Origin: Eledone cirrhosa | Lineage: Eukaryota | Direction of reading: 5' to 3' | Length of the DNA stretch: 64,000 bases | NCBI GenBank assembly: GCA_964016885.1 | Contig: OZ024755.1 | Location: 35,030,001 to 35,094,000, forward strand | Shown here: positions 13,398-27,631 of the stretch, piece by piece | How the letters are laid out: the number at the start of each line of letters is the position of its first letter | Position numbering within the stretch: position 1 is the stretch's first letter | Notes under the pieces: model-generated | What the model was told of the DNA's origin: nothing | The model's input: the letters and a program-made list of their open reading frames with translations, nothing else | Database searches by the model: none | Position numbers and translations under genes: made by a program

Positions 13398-13578
13398 GTG
13401 GATTAGCAGAATCGGTAGAGTATCAGAAAACATGCTTTGCATTCTGAGTTCAAATCTCACTGGGGTTAGCTTTGTTTTTCATCCTTACGGGGTCAATAAA
13501 ATAAAGTAGCAGTAATATACTTGGGGGTCAATCTAATCAACTTTACCCCCTTTCCTTTCAAATTACTCACCTTGTGTG
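13398..13578 (+). mobile_element. SINE family A, diverged
   Basis: GAGTTCAAATC B-box plus body. Confidence 0.8.
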
Positions 13579-14422
13579 AATATTAAAAAGAATTCTTAAT
13601 ATAATATACTGGAAAAATAAAACAACATTTAATACAAGAGGGTGTAACCTGAGAAGGAAAAATGGCCAAAAATGAAGCAAAAAAAAAACATGTAAATTAA
13701 TCAATGTAAAGGATTTAGTTTGAGTTTCTAACATTTCTGATAACTGATTGCCTTAACTGAAGCTGAATTCTACGAAGACTAATCTCATGAACTCAACTAG
13801 TATCATGATTAGAATAATCCTATAACTAATCTCATGACCCCACAAATGGGTTTCCAAGTTAGAACCATGAACAACAAAACTGATACTGTCTGGCAATCTG
13901 CCGATTTTTGGTTTTTTTCTTTTGCTACTCTCATGATGTTATTTAAAATGATTATCGAATATTCATACAGTATATTAGCATTAAGATTCTATGAGAAAAA
14001 TAGTTTGTTTTTTTGGTGGGGGTTTCTTTTTTAGAACCTGTCTTTCCTGCGTCTGTCTTTTCTCAAAGCTTTTTATGTGAATAAAACATTTATAAAGGTA
14101 TGTACTGTAATTATTTGAAATTAGGCTGGCTTTTGGTGGAACTTCCAATGATCCGGTTTAGTTTAAATTGCATATGACTTCCATTATTTAGGTTTGTTTG
14201 TTACTGTTGTTGTTGTAGCTATACTTGCTTTAGGTTTTGCTTCTGTTTTGTTTTTTTCGTTATTTGTAATGGTGGCCATAATGGTTATTTAGGGTTGTTG
14301 CAGGAGGTGTTGATAGTGGTGTTAATATCTGTTGTAAGCTTCTATAGCTAGTGTTGATTGAAATGTTGGCACACTTGTTGGTGTTAATGTTTTTCTAGAA
14401 TTGGTCATAAAAGTGCTTGCAT

Positions 14423-14616
14423 TTGGCAGAATTGGGAGAGGGTCAGACACTATGCTTTGCAGCATAGAGTTACGGCCCTTTATGATCTGAGTTCAAATCC
14501 CGCCGAGGTTAATTTTGCCTTTCATCCTTATGGGGTCGATAAAATAAAGCACCAGTAATACACTGGGGTCGATTTAATCAACTTTCCCTTCCCCCAAAAT
14601 TGCTGGCCTTGTACCT
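14423..14616 (+). mobile_element. SINE family A
   Basis: Homology to other copies. Confidence 0.85.
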
Positions 14617-14817
14617 ATATAAAAAACCATTATTATAGATGTTGATGTTATTGTTTAGCCCCAGGCCAACCCTAATAAAACAAGCCTATGATCGAAAGCA
14701 TTCCAACTATGACTTTACTGTTATTTTTGTTTTTCAGTGGAAGGATGGGGGATTCGGTATCTAGGACTACATTTCCTGATATGCTTCCTTTTTTTAAACG
14801 CAACAGTGGAATTCCAT

Positions 14818-14920
14818 TTAATAATGAAAATTGTTGTGTACAGTGCTCAGGTGCACTACAACTCATCAAAGGTGCATGTATAGTACATAGAATAATGTAC
14901 AAATGTCAGGGAAGTGAGAT
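14818..14920 (-). mobile_element. CR1/L2-like LINE 3' end
   Basis: Reverse complement of the 7660 and 18500 ends. Confidence 0.7.
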
Positions 14921-16268
14921 GTGAATGTTTTCTCTATCTCTAGCAAGTTGTGTAACTGTCAAAGTCTCCTCCTTGCTAGTTTATTGTAGATGTTGTTCTG
15001 TGTTAGTAATGGTTATGACAGTGGAGTCGTTTCAGATAGGAAGGCTGATGTTAGACCAAAGTCAGTCATGATTAAATAGAACTCTGATTGGTTTTATTCA
15101 AATCAGGACCATCTTGCCTTTGTTTAAACTCTATGTATATCCTGGATTACATTGTTCCAGACAGTGATGAAACTGCATATATGCAGCGAGACAACATTTC
15201 ACCACTTTTCAGTTTCCAGGAGACATGTGGAGAGCAGTTTTCTAATCTAATCCTCTCCTTTCTAACTACAACCTTACAGAACGTAGCATACTCCCAGTTC
15301 CTAAAACAATTTCAGTCACTGATCCTGGATATAAAAGGGTTCTTCTTTTTCAGAAAATAGCAAAAGGAAAATTAACCTGTTGACTGCTATGTATATTTTA
15401 CACAGCAACAGTTGCTGTGTTGACTGCTGCGTATATTTTACACAGCTACAGTTGCTGTGTTGACTGCTGCGTATATTTTACACAGCTACAGTTGCTGTGC
15501 TGGGTTTATTGTTTTTTTTAGTAAAATGACTATTTTGATTGACAAATGTCACATCAGTAAATTAGTAACCCCATCTAGCTTTGAAGTTATGAACTTTTGG
15601 AAACGAGTTCATAACCTTGAAGTTATGAACTGTTGGAAACGAGTTCCTAACTTTGAAGTTATGAACTGTTGGAAAGGATTTCAAACATGTCAGGACAAGT
15701 TATCCCGTCTGTAGCACTGGAATGCATACATGTTAGGATGAGTTATCTCATCTACAGCATTGAAGAGGTTAAACAACAGGTACCATGTGCAATCAAATAT
15801 GACAGGCCAGCACGAGAGTTACCTGAAAAGTTCATAGGCTGAGCAAGATACTCTCATGGAATGACGAAACAAGGTTTATTTTTCAACATAGTCTCTGGAA
15901 AGAAACAATGCTGTTATTAATAAGAAGATTTAAAATTAACATATGCAAGATTTCACAGCTCTAGCATCACTCCTTCATAGTCTGACTAAGATATTCTCAT
16001 GGAATGACCAAATGAGGTTCATTTTTCAAAATACTCTCTAGAAAGAAACAATGCAGTTATTAAACTTCAACATGCTCTAGGCGACATGAAGCGCCAATAG
16101 AATAATCTCACTTTAATGGGCTGGTACTTTCTTTATCAACCCTAAAAGGATTAAAGGCAAAGTGGACCTTAGCGAGATTTAAACTCAGAATGTAAAGACC
16201 TAGAAAAAATATTCAACACATGAGCAACACTTCCAAATTGACCCTTTCAGTAGTACAATGGGATTTAA

Positions 16269-16712
16269 CCCTTTAGCATTTACATTACTCCATATTTACT
16301 ATCATATTTTCACGGTAAAGGCTCTATCTCATATAATTATCTCACCTACCGTATTTCCCGGTGCCGAAGACACTTCATCCTTGAGGACGCTCCCTAATTT
16401 TGACAACCAAAAATTTGAAAAAAATAATTGTTTCTACTTTTTGGCACAAAGCCAGCAATTTTGGCGCAAGGCCAGCAAATTTGAAAAAAATAATAAACAA
16501 CCTTCGGCCTCCAGGACGCATGGTAGACTTTTTTTAGACTTATTTTAGGAAGAGAGTAAAGTCTTCGATGCCGGGAAAGAATCTATGAGATTTTGATAAT
16601 TTTTATTTTGAGAACAATACCTTCACATCAGTATGAGTGGCCAGTTACAGCTGGTTTGAACAGAAAGAGATGAGAATTCTGGCCGGATATGGCTGGTTTA
16701 AATGCTAAAGGG
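16269..16712. mobile_element. piggyBac-like MITE containing a nested pogo-like MITE
   Basis: TTAA-CCCTTTAGCATTTA ... TAAATGCTAAAGGG-TTAA, perfect 14-bp TIR and TTAA TSD. Confidence 0.88.
16349..16578. mobile_element. pogo/Tc1-like MITE nested in the piggyBac MITE, with a SINE-A tail fragment inside
   Basis: TA-CCGTATTTCCCGGTGCCGAAGAC ... GTCTTCGATGCCGGGAAA; right tip lost. Confidence 0.7.
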
Positions 16713-16846
16713 TTAAGAGAGATTTAGTCACTAGTCATTTAGTTGATAGGGATAAGATAACTGTGTGAAATGTGTTTGTGGTGATGGTGATGATGATGAT
16801 GAGCTTCATGGAAATAGGGCAGTTGATTGTTTCCTACTTAATAGGA

Positions 16847-16894
16847 TAGTAGTAGTAGTAGTAGTAGTAGTAATAGTAATAGTAGTAGTAGTAA

Positions 16895-16926
<32 letters not shown>

Positions 16927-16990
16927 ATAGTAATAGTAATAGTAGTAGTAGTAGTAGTAATAGTAGTAGTAGTAATAGTAGTAATAGTAA

Positions 16991-17031
<41 letters not shown>

Positions 17032-17092
17032 ATAGTAGTAGTAGCAGTAGTAGTAGTAATAGTAGTAGTAGTATTAGTAGTAATAGTAGTAT
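16847..17092. repeat. (TAG/TAA)n microsatellite
   Basis: Direct reading. Confidence 0.97.
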
Positions 17093-17459
17093 TTAGTTAG
17101 TTAGTTGACATTTTTAATGGTTGTAAGAGACATTGGTAATGGTTGAGGTGGTAGAGAAAAAGATGATATATTCTAATCAATTCTGGAATCAAAAATGAAA
17201 CATTAGAGGAAATTATACATTTGAGTGAAATATCAAAGAAAAAATAATAGCTAATGGCTTGCTTTCAGGTCGTTGGAAGCTGGTGTGGCAGATGATGGTG
17301 AAGATTAATAAAAAAAATAATAAAATAAAATAAAAAAATAAAAAAAAGGAGAATGGAGGTTGGTGATGGATAGAGAATATAGGAGAAAAATAAGTAAATA
17401 AATATATAATAAATTCACACAAATATATTTATATATATATATATGTGTGTGTGTGTATC

Positions 17460-17508
<49 letters not shown>

Positions 17509-17602
17509 ATGTATGAATGTACGCATGTATGTATTTATTTATCTATCTTTCTCTATTATGCATAATATATTATACATAATTATATATATATGATATCCAT
17601 TG

Positions 17603-17646
<44 letters not shown>

Positions 17647-17793
17647 TATGTGTTCTATAATTCTGTGTGGATACATATATATATATATATATATGCTTGT
17701 GTGTGTGTAAAAGGTAAACAGAAATAACCACTCAATCGGTACAGTATATGGAAGGTATATATTAGGTTAACGCTTGAAATAGCAGGAAGAGGG

Positions 17794-17829
17794 TCTTAAC
17801 GTTTTGAACGCTAGTCCTTCATCAGAAGA
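17794..17829 (-). ncRNA. Minimal type-I hammerhead motif (family H1), G12A mutated, inside a PLE-like terminal repeat at about 17708-17900
   Basis: TCTT-CTGATGA-A-GGAC TAGC GTTC-AAAA-CG-TT-AAGA. Confidence 0.7.
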
Positions 17830-17919
17830 AAGAATGAGAAATTAGAAAGATTGATTGGGTGGAGCGGAATCGGAAAACATGTTTTTAATGAAAAATAACA
17901 GGTCTATTCATGTTGCCAT

Positions 17920-17955
<36 letters not shown>

Positions 17956-18059
17956 AAAACTCTCATGTAAAACTTGTGACTTGTTGGTAGCCAATGATGT
18001 TGACCTGTTTTCCTTTTTGGATAACCGTCACCTGACATACAAATCCTTATAGATGTGGG

Positions 18060-18985
18060 ATCCTCTCAAATGCTTTGAGCAGGTCATGTTGTACATATGA
18101 ATGACGACAACTATTTTACAACCAATTGCACACAGGGAAACACCCTCAGCACAAACCAAGAAAAAAAATATAATGACTGTATAAACACAGCATCCACAGA
18201 TTGAAGTTAAGAAATGTGAAATGCTAGATTTAAAGAGGCTTGTATGGAGAAGACATTTGAAGGATGGCTGCAGAATGTTTGAAGAGAGACGTCTGAACCA
18301 TGAATGACTTAAGCATCAGCTTCGAATAGGCCACAATATGAACTACATTTGTTCCATGCTTCAGCAACTCTTTCACGCTCAGAGTTGCTGAAGCATGGAA
18401 CAAACTACCTGCATCAGTTGTTAGCTGTCGAGACACTGCATCCTTTAAGGCCTCCATGCTTCCCGAGATCCGCTAACACTACAGCTAACACATACACACA
18501 TGTACTTCCCTGACATTTGTGTATTATTCTATGTACTATACATACAATTTTGACGAGTTGTAGTGCACCTGAGCACTTTACACAATAATTTCATTATTAT
18601 TATAAGATAGGGAGCTGGATTTGTGAGATGTGTGATCGTTTACTGCTCTTTAAATCTGGGTACATCACTCATCTAAAATCACAAGAAAGACCAACTGTAT
18701 GCAGCACTATCCCTGCAATACTAGGTGAGACAACATGTGTGGTGTGCAGAAAAATATGCAATTCAATTTCTGGTTTAAAAATCACGAGAGTATATAAGGA
18801 TGATATCCCACAAACTGACCCAATCAATCCAAGAGAGGGCACATCTTTTTTCTGTCACATTTGCTGTAGACTGTGCAAATCAGCAGTTAGACTTAAAAGC
18901 CATCTAAGAGATCATGAATGGACGTTTGTGGGTGGTGACGTTGTCAGCAGTTTACAGAGAGACAGTAATTATCTGCAAAGATGAA
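18060..18985 (+). pseudogene. Degenerate RTE (BovB-like) C-terminus with three C2H2-like zinc fingers, interrupted by a CR1 3' end
   Basis: AGHVVHM...QLHTGKHPQHKPRKKYNDCIK; CEMC..H, CVVC, CHIC..LKSHLRDH. Confidence 0.65.
18340..18603 (+). mobile_element. CR1/L2-like LINE 3' fragment
   Basis: NSFTLRVAEAWNKLPASVVSCRDTASFK plus (ATT)n tail. Confidence 0.8.
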
Positions 18986-19014
18986 GAGATCTCTATGGAT
19001 GTATGTGTATATAT

Positions 19015-19525
19015 GTATGGTAGGTCGCTCTTCAGTGCTACTGGTAAGATGTAACCGAGTACAATCTGTGCATGGTTGGATCAATGGCGAGTAAATCTTC
19101 AACTCCACCAAGTTTACTTGGTAAGGAGGGAGATTTTGCACACCCTGCAGGATGAAAAACAAGAACTGTCAAATTTCTGTTTTTGTGGAGCCATAGACTC
19201 CCAGTCTTCATTAAGACATCTCTCTAGGAGAAGGTAACTCTGATATAAAACCTGCCACTTTGTTTGTATCCAATGATGTAGACCAGTTCTTCTTTTTGGA
19301 CAAATGCATTCGATGTTCAGAGAGTGCGATTGGCCCCGTGCAAAGCCTTTCCTCACTTAAAAAAGCTTGAAACATAGGAATCGCTTGATATGTGACATTT
19401 TTTGTGGTGCATGGTATTGCTGGCCATAGGCAAGTCCCTAGCAGGACTAGAAAGCCACGTCTGTAATGCTCATGCTTAAGGATCAAGTGATGGCATTACT
19501 TGAAATCGCGTTGCAGCCATCATGT
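19015..19525 (+). mobile_element. Non-autonomous RTE-derived element (5'UTR-like plus 3' end, no ORF)
   Basis: GGAGAAGGTAACTCTGATATAAAACC and end GCAGCCATCAT; homologous to 41765-42240 (-), 51010-51360 (-) and 41233-41578 (-). Confidence 0.6.
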
Positions 19526-19574
19526 ATGTAGATATATGCATATGTTCATGTCTATGTTTACGTTTGTAGGTAAA

Positions 19575-19667
19575 TGCTCAAGGTCATAACGCATCGCCCA
19601 GTCCAGGAATCGAACTCACAACCTTAAAATTGTGAATCAGATTCTCTAACCACTCAGCCACACGCCT
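19575..19667 (-). mobile_element. tRNA-head SINE fragment (family B-related)
   Basis: GGCGTGTGGCTGAGTGG ... GAGTTCGATTCC ... CCTTGAGCA. Confidence 0.7.
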
Positions 19668-19679
19668 TCACAAATGTGG

Positions 19680-19750
<71 letters not shown>

Positions 19751-19753
<3 letters not shown>

Positions 19754-20135
19754 ATACAGAAGACCCCCCCTTGCCTAAGTACAAAGCGAAACCTACAGTC
19801 AGTAGGCACCTCTAACCACCCCATCCACACCACCCCTTCCAATGTAAAGTTATGTTGGTACCACAACATCCAGTCCGAAACAAATGAGGTCGTGTAGGTG
19901 TCACGACAAAAAAAACACAGTCCAAGCTGTAATGTGGCCGTGTAGGTAACACAGTAAAAACCTCCCAGTCCACACTGTAAACGTGGTTTGTTAGGAAGGG
20001 CATCCAGCTCTAGAAAACCCGCCAGACAGTCCTATATGAGCAAGACAACCAATCTTGCCTCACGTGGGAAAATTCCCGTCCAAACCCATGCTAGCGTGGA
20101 AGATGGACGTTAAACGATGATGATGATGATGATGA
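19751..20135 (+). mobile_element. 5'-truncated copy of the RTE 3' end (last codons plus 3' UTR)
   Basis: Colinear with 10728-11263, lacking the 112-bp internal duplication. Confidence 0.85.
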
Positions 20136-20435
20136 TATATGTGTGTGTATGTGAATGTGTGAGAGATTTAACTATATATGAATTACATAGAAAAATTGAT
20201 TTAAAAAAATATTTCAAAATAATTGAAATATAGAAAAGTAAATAACGAAAAGACAACTAATTAAATAAACATAAGTCAAATAAAATATATAAATAATAAT
20301 ATATAATAATATAAAAATAATATATCAATAATATATAATAAAATATATTGTAATGTTTAAAAAGGGATAAATATATCAAAATTAATTGAGGAATATAGAT
20401 TGAGATAAATGAGGGTCATAAAATTGGACATATAC

Positions 20436-20490
<55 letters not shown>

Positions 20491-20492
<2 letters not shown>

Positions 20493-20913
20493 GCACATGG
20501 CTTAGTGGTTAGAGCATTGGCCTTGCAATCGAAAGGTTGTGAGTTCAATTCTCAGACGGGGTGATGTGTTGTTTCCTTGAGCAAGACACTTTATTTCACA
20601 TTGCTCCAGTTTACTCAGCTGTACAAATGAGATGATAGGGACTGGAGTGGAGGTGCCACAGCAAAAAAGCACCCAGCCCACACTGTAAAGTGGACGTGGA
20701 GGCGCCATGGCAAAAAAGCACCCAGCACTCACTGTAAATGAGGTTGGTGGTCGGACGTCCTGCTTTGCAGCAAAGAGTTACGTCCCTTTACAGTCTGAGT
20801 TCAAATCCCGCCGAGGTTAACTTTGCCTTTCATCCTTACGGGATCGATAAAATAAAGTACCAGTAATATACTGGGATAATTGCTGGTCTTGTGCCAAAAG
20901 TAGAAACAATTAT
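20491..20913 (+). mobile_element. SINE family B 5' part joined to SINE family A 3' part
   Basis: B head GGCACATGGCTTAGTGG; switches to family A at about 20750. Confidence 0.8.
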
Positions 20914-21208
20914 TTTATATTTACTATTGTATTTTCACAGAAAGGGCTTTATCTTACATAATTATCTCACATAGTATCAAATCTACAAGATTTTGATGTT
21001 ATTTATTTTGAGAACAATACCTTAACATAAGTATGAGTAGCCAGTTACAGCTGGTTTGAACAGAAAGAGGTGAGTGAATTCTGGCTGGATATGCCTGGTT
21101 TAACCCTTTAGCATGTACATTACTCTATATTTACAATTCTATTTTACCACACTGTAGGACTGAAGAATGTTCAAGAATAAAAGAATAAAACTGAGTTTTC
21201 CTGTTAGT

Positions 21209-21480
21209 TTAACCCTTTAGTATTTAACCCTTTAGCCCTTAACCCTTTAGTATTTAGCCCTTAACCCTTTACTATATAACCCTTTAGCCCTTAACCCTTT
21301 AGCATTTAACCCTTTAGTATTTAACCCATTAATATTTAACCCATTAATATTTAACCCTTTAGCATTTAACCCTTTAGCCCTTAGCTCTTTAGTATTTAAC
21401 CCTTTAGATCTTACCCATTATCCCTCAACCTTTTAGCCCTTAACCCTTTCGTATTTAACCGTTTAGCATTTATCCCTTTC
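21209..21480. repeat. Tandem expansion of the piggyBac-MITE terminus (TTAACCCTTTAG)
   Basis: Repeats run into the MITE body at 21480-21600. Confidence 0.8.
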
Positions 21481-21609
21481 TGTTCAAACTGGCTGTAACT
21501 GGCCACTCATACTGATGTTAAGATATTGTTCTCAAAATAATTACTGTGAAAATCTCATAGATATGATATTATGTGAGATAATTATGTGAGGTAAAGTATA
21601 GAATAAAGT

Positions 21610-21920
21610 AGTCGTGTAGGTGTCACAACAAAAAAGCACACAGTCCACACTGTAAAGTGGTCGTGTAGGTGCCACGGCAAAAAGAGCACCCAGCACTCAC
21701 TGTAAAGTAGTCGTGGAGTTGTCATGACAAAAAAAGCACCCAGCACTCACTGTAAATGAGGTTGGTGTTAGGAAAGGCATCCAGCTGTAGAAATCAACCC
21801 AGAATCGGTTAAAGTATGAGCAAGACAAGGTCACCCGACCTGACACTGCCCACAACAGGACAACCCGTCTAACCCATGCTAGCGTGGAAGAATAGACATT
21901 AAACAGTGATGATGATGACA
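21610..21920 (+). mobile_element. SINE B-related 3' portion with 3 tandem units
   Basis: About 49-bp units, AGGAAAGGCATCCAGCTG domain, RTE-type tail. Confidence 0.8.
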
Positions 21921-22057
21921 TATGCACACATACGCATGCAAACACAGACAGACTCACATCAAAATCTATACATATAGAGGCACAATAGAATATTTATACA
22001 CACACACAAACACACATACAGACACATACACACACACATACACACACACATACACAG

Positions 22058-22092
<35 letters not shown>

Positions 22093-22189
22093 ATTGTACT
22101 CAGAACTGTTGAAGAGCAAACATGCACATATTTTATAAAAATAATTATCAATGGGAAATAGTTTAATGTAACATCTGGCTTTAAAAATA

Positions 22190-23619
<1,430 letters not shown>

Positions 23620-23662
23620 AATAGAAAGAATGAGTGGAACATAAACATAAACATAAACAGAA

Positions 23663-24451
23663 ATGGAAGGACACATCCAACACTTCATCAACCGCATGCA
23701 GTTCTCTGGCTACAACCAAAGAGACAGAGTCAGAGTATACGAAGGAGCCATGGAAAATTATAAGACCCTCATAGAACTGGACATGAAAGGAATTTGCCCA
23801 CTATACAGGAGCAAATCATGGAATAGCTTAGATAGGGCTAGACATAAGATAGGGAAGGCCACATCATGGTACGACAACCAGAGATATCAGAGTGTCATGT
23901 TTGTGGACGCCACCCCTGGAGGGAAATTAGCTAACCAGTGTAGAAAGGCCCTGAGAAAGACCCACTTAAAAATAAAGGTGGTAGAAAAGCCAGGAACCAC
24001 CATAAAATCCCTGATCAGCAAAACCTACCCATTTAAGAAAACCCACTGTACCAATAGGAAATGTATCATATGTAAGGTGAACCCCCGAATAAACTGTAAA
24101 ACTAGAAACGTAGTCTATAGCATAAGATGTACAGAGGGTACTTGCAGAAACACGACAACAACATACATAGGTGAGACAGCTCGTAGCATAGGTGAAAGGA
24201 TAGACCAACACTGGGGGGAACTAAAAGGACGAAAAAACGGGTCAGTACTATACGAACATGCTAGACAACATCATGACGGTAACATAGACAACATAGAAAT
24301 TAGAATAATATCTAAACATAGGAATGACCCAGCAGATAGGCAAATCAGAGAGGCCAGTGAAATAGAAATTAGAAGACCAAAGCTAAACAGAAAGAATGAG
24401 TGGAACAACAACAACACCCAAACAAACAACACTGACCTAAGAGAAGTATAA
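23663..24451 (+). pseudogene. Penelope-like element 3' fragment: end of RT thumb, Cys-rich linker and GIY-YIG endonuclease (Naiad/Neptune-like)
   Basis: RMQFSGY, VMFVDATPGG, IKVVEKPG, CTNRKCIIC, NVVYSIRC..YIGETARSIGERIDQH, SVLYEH, REA, LN; open 262 aa. Confidence 0.9.
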
Positions 24452-24724
24452 ATAAATAAGTAAATTAAATTAAATAAAATAAGATAAATAAATACATACA
24501 CAAGCACATAAACACACACTAGTCACCCAGCAGACACAACACTATACACACTAGTCACACATCACACATAACACTATACACACACGCAAACGCATGCGCA
24601 AAGAAGACAAAATAAAATAAGATAAACAAACAAGCAAATAAATAAATAAATATATAGACAGAGTGAACAAAAAAAAAAAATGGCGTAGACATACAACACA
24701 ACAGGAGGAACAATGAATATAACA

Positions 24725-24764
24725 CCACTGACGATGTTGCAGATGTGCAACGAAAGATTTATGT
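24725..24764 (+). ncRNA. Type-I hammerhead motif with intact core in the PLE 3' region
   Basis: CCA-CTGACGA-T-GTTGCA GATG TGCAAC-GAAA-GATT-TA-TG; stem I only 2 bp. Confidence 0.75.
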
Positions 24765-25017
24765 AAACTATATATATATGTGTTTGTCTATATTGTATCT
24801 GTATTATTTTTGACCGCCGGTCAGTCAATGGCAACATTGAGGACCGAGGAAGTTAGATCGCAGATATATATATATAAAAGACAGCGAGAAGCGAAAACCA
24901 ACCAAACAGTGAGTGTGTTCTGTTATTAATTCTGGCAATATTACGCAAATATGACCCTCCCCAAATATAACAATATCTGTTTCGACACACGATTTCATAT
25001 AAAAAACCTCGCAAAAC

Positions 25018-25041
25018 TATACATAAATACATATACATATA

Positions 25042-25072
<31 letters not shown>

Positions 25073-25317
25073 AAATACATATACATATACACATATATAT
25101 ATATATATACATATATACATATACATATATACATATATATATATAAACATATATATATACATATACATATATATAGAAACATATATATATACATATATAT
25201 ATATATATAAACATATATATACATATATACACATATATACATATATATATATATACATATATATATACATATATATATATATATACATATACATATAAAC
25301 ATATATATACATATATA

Positions 25318-25361
<44 letters not shown>

Positions 25362-25462
25362 CATATATATATACATATATATATATAAACATATATATAT
25401 ACATATATATATATAAACATATATATATATAAAAACATATATATATATACATATATACATAC

Positions 25463-25497
<35 letters not shown>

Positions 25498-25616
25498 AAC
25501 ACATATATATATATATATAAACACATATATATATATATAAACATATATATATATATAAACATATATATATAAACATATATATATAAACATATATATATAC
25601 ATATATATATACATAT

Positions 25617-25657
<41 letters not shown>

Positions 25658-25672
25658 AATACATATACATAT

Positions 25673-25707
<35 letters not shown>

Positions 25708-25712
25708 AATAC

Positions 25713-25757
<45 letters not shown>

Positions 25758-25844
25758 TATACATATATATATATATATACAGATATATATACATATATAC
25801 ATATATATAGAAACATATATATATACATATATATATATATATAC

Positions 25845-25875
<31 letters not shown>

Positions 25876-26342
25876 CATATATATACATATAAACATATAT
25901 ATACATATATACACATATATACATATATATATATATATACATATATATATACATATATATATATAAACATATATATATACATATATATATATAAACATAT
26001 ATATATACATATATATATATAAACATATATATATATAAAAACATATATATATATACATATATACATACATATATATATATATTTAAACATATATATATAT
26101 ATATATATAAACATATATATATATATATATATATATATAAACACATATATACATACATATATATATATATAAACATATATATATAAACATATATACATAT
26201 ACATATATATATACATATATATATACATACATATATATATACATATATATACATACATATATATATACATATATATATACATATATATATACATATATAT
26301 ACATATATACATATAAATACATATATATACATGTATATATAC

Positions 26343-26391
<49 letters not shown>

Positions 26392-26765
26392 CACACATAC
26401 ACACATATATATATATACACACATATATATATATATATATACACATATATATACACATATATATACACACATACACATATATACACATACACATATATAT
26501 ACATACACACATATATATATATACACATACACATATATATATATATACACATGTATACACATATATATGCACACACACATATATACACACATGTAGACAC
26601 ATATATATAACACATATACACACATATTGACAACATACATGTAAACACATGACACATACACATGTATAAACACACAGACACATACATATACACACACACA
26701 CATACACACACACATAAATACACACACATATAAATACACACACACATATATATGAACATACACTG
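25018..26765. repeat. Compound (TA)n/(CA)n microsatellite
   Basis: Direct reading; source of the 580-aa YI ORFs. Confidence 0.97.
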
Positions 26766-26889
26766 TCATATGCACAGAGTAAAAAAATAAACGAATGAAA
26801 AAAGAACTAGGTGAGCTGGGGGAGTAACTTAATTCCTACATATCCATTACTGAACTGGCAACATATATATATATATACACACACACACA

Positions 26890-26946
<57 letters not shown>

Positions 26947-27233
26947 TGTGTGTGTGTATATCATCATCATCATTTATATTTCTGCCTTTTGATGCTTGCA
27001 TGGAAAGCCTAGTCTTCCTAGCACAATTTCCCACACCTGTCATGTTCCTTCTTCATCTATTCTCTGAGCTACATATATATAACCAAATGTTAAACAAGGT
27101 TCATTGATTATTCAATGAATATAGTTTTACAATAGATTAAAAGCACTCAACAGTTAAAAAAATTTCTGGAGTTATTAATATTATTCAATAATATTAATAA
27201 ATGGTTGAGGTATGTCATGCATCAATTTATGTA

Positions 27234-27295
27234 TTTTATCTGATGAGGACGTACTGAAAAAACAGCACAGTACCTCCAAAATATATATAATAAAA
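27234..27295 (+). ncRNA. Hammerhead motif (family H2), G12A
   Basis: TTTTAT-CTGATGA-GGACGTACTG..CAGTACCTCC-AAAA-TATATA-TA-ATAAAA. Confidence 0.72.
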
Positions 27296-27425
27296 CATAT
27301 TTTGATTATGTGAATGTCTTCATTTATTAATATTTTTAATAATATATATATATATATAGTAATAATAATAAATTTGAAGACTAAAATCCAAAGAGGGCTC
27401 GATAAGGATAAGTTAGTTTCAGGTT

Positions 27426-27476
27426 AGTTTCAGAAGATCCCGTTAAGGGTGAAAGCAGCGATTATTTGCTTAAATT
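27426..27476 (+). ncRNA. Hammerhead-like motif with CAGAAGA core and full stem III (family H3)
   Basis: AGTTT-CAGAAGA-TCCC GTTAA GGGT-GAAA-GCA..TGC-TT-AAATT; upstream LKTKIQRGLD resembles a PLE EN C-terminus. Confidence 0.6.
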
Positions 27477-27591
27477 TTGATCTGTTATTTTAATAAATAA
27501 TATATATATATATACGTGTATCATCATCGTCACCGTTTTATGACCGCTCTTCCACACGACCATGGGTTAGATGGGTTGTCTATATATATAC

Positions 27592-27628
<37 letters not shown>

Positions 27629-27631
27629 TGT

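Noticed and set aside
15810-16060. Mariner-like 5' end, duplicated
   Set aside because: Resemblance only; no partner TIR or transposase found
21209-21480. Interstitial telomere
   Set aside because: Unit is TTAACCCTTTAG from the MITE TIR, not pure TTAGGG
23663-24700. Selenoprotein-type Naiad PLE
   Set aside because: No in-frame TGA in the fragment and no convincing SECIS seen by eye
24853-26775. Long ORFs of 405-582 aa, and similar Y/I/V/C/H/T-rich ORFs throughout
   Set aside because: Translations of stop-free TA/CA/TG microsatellites
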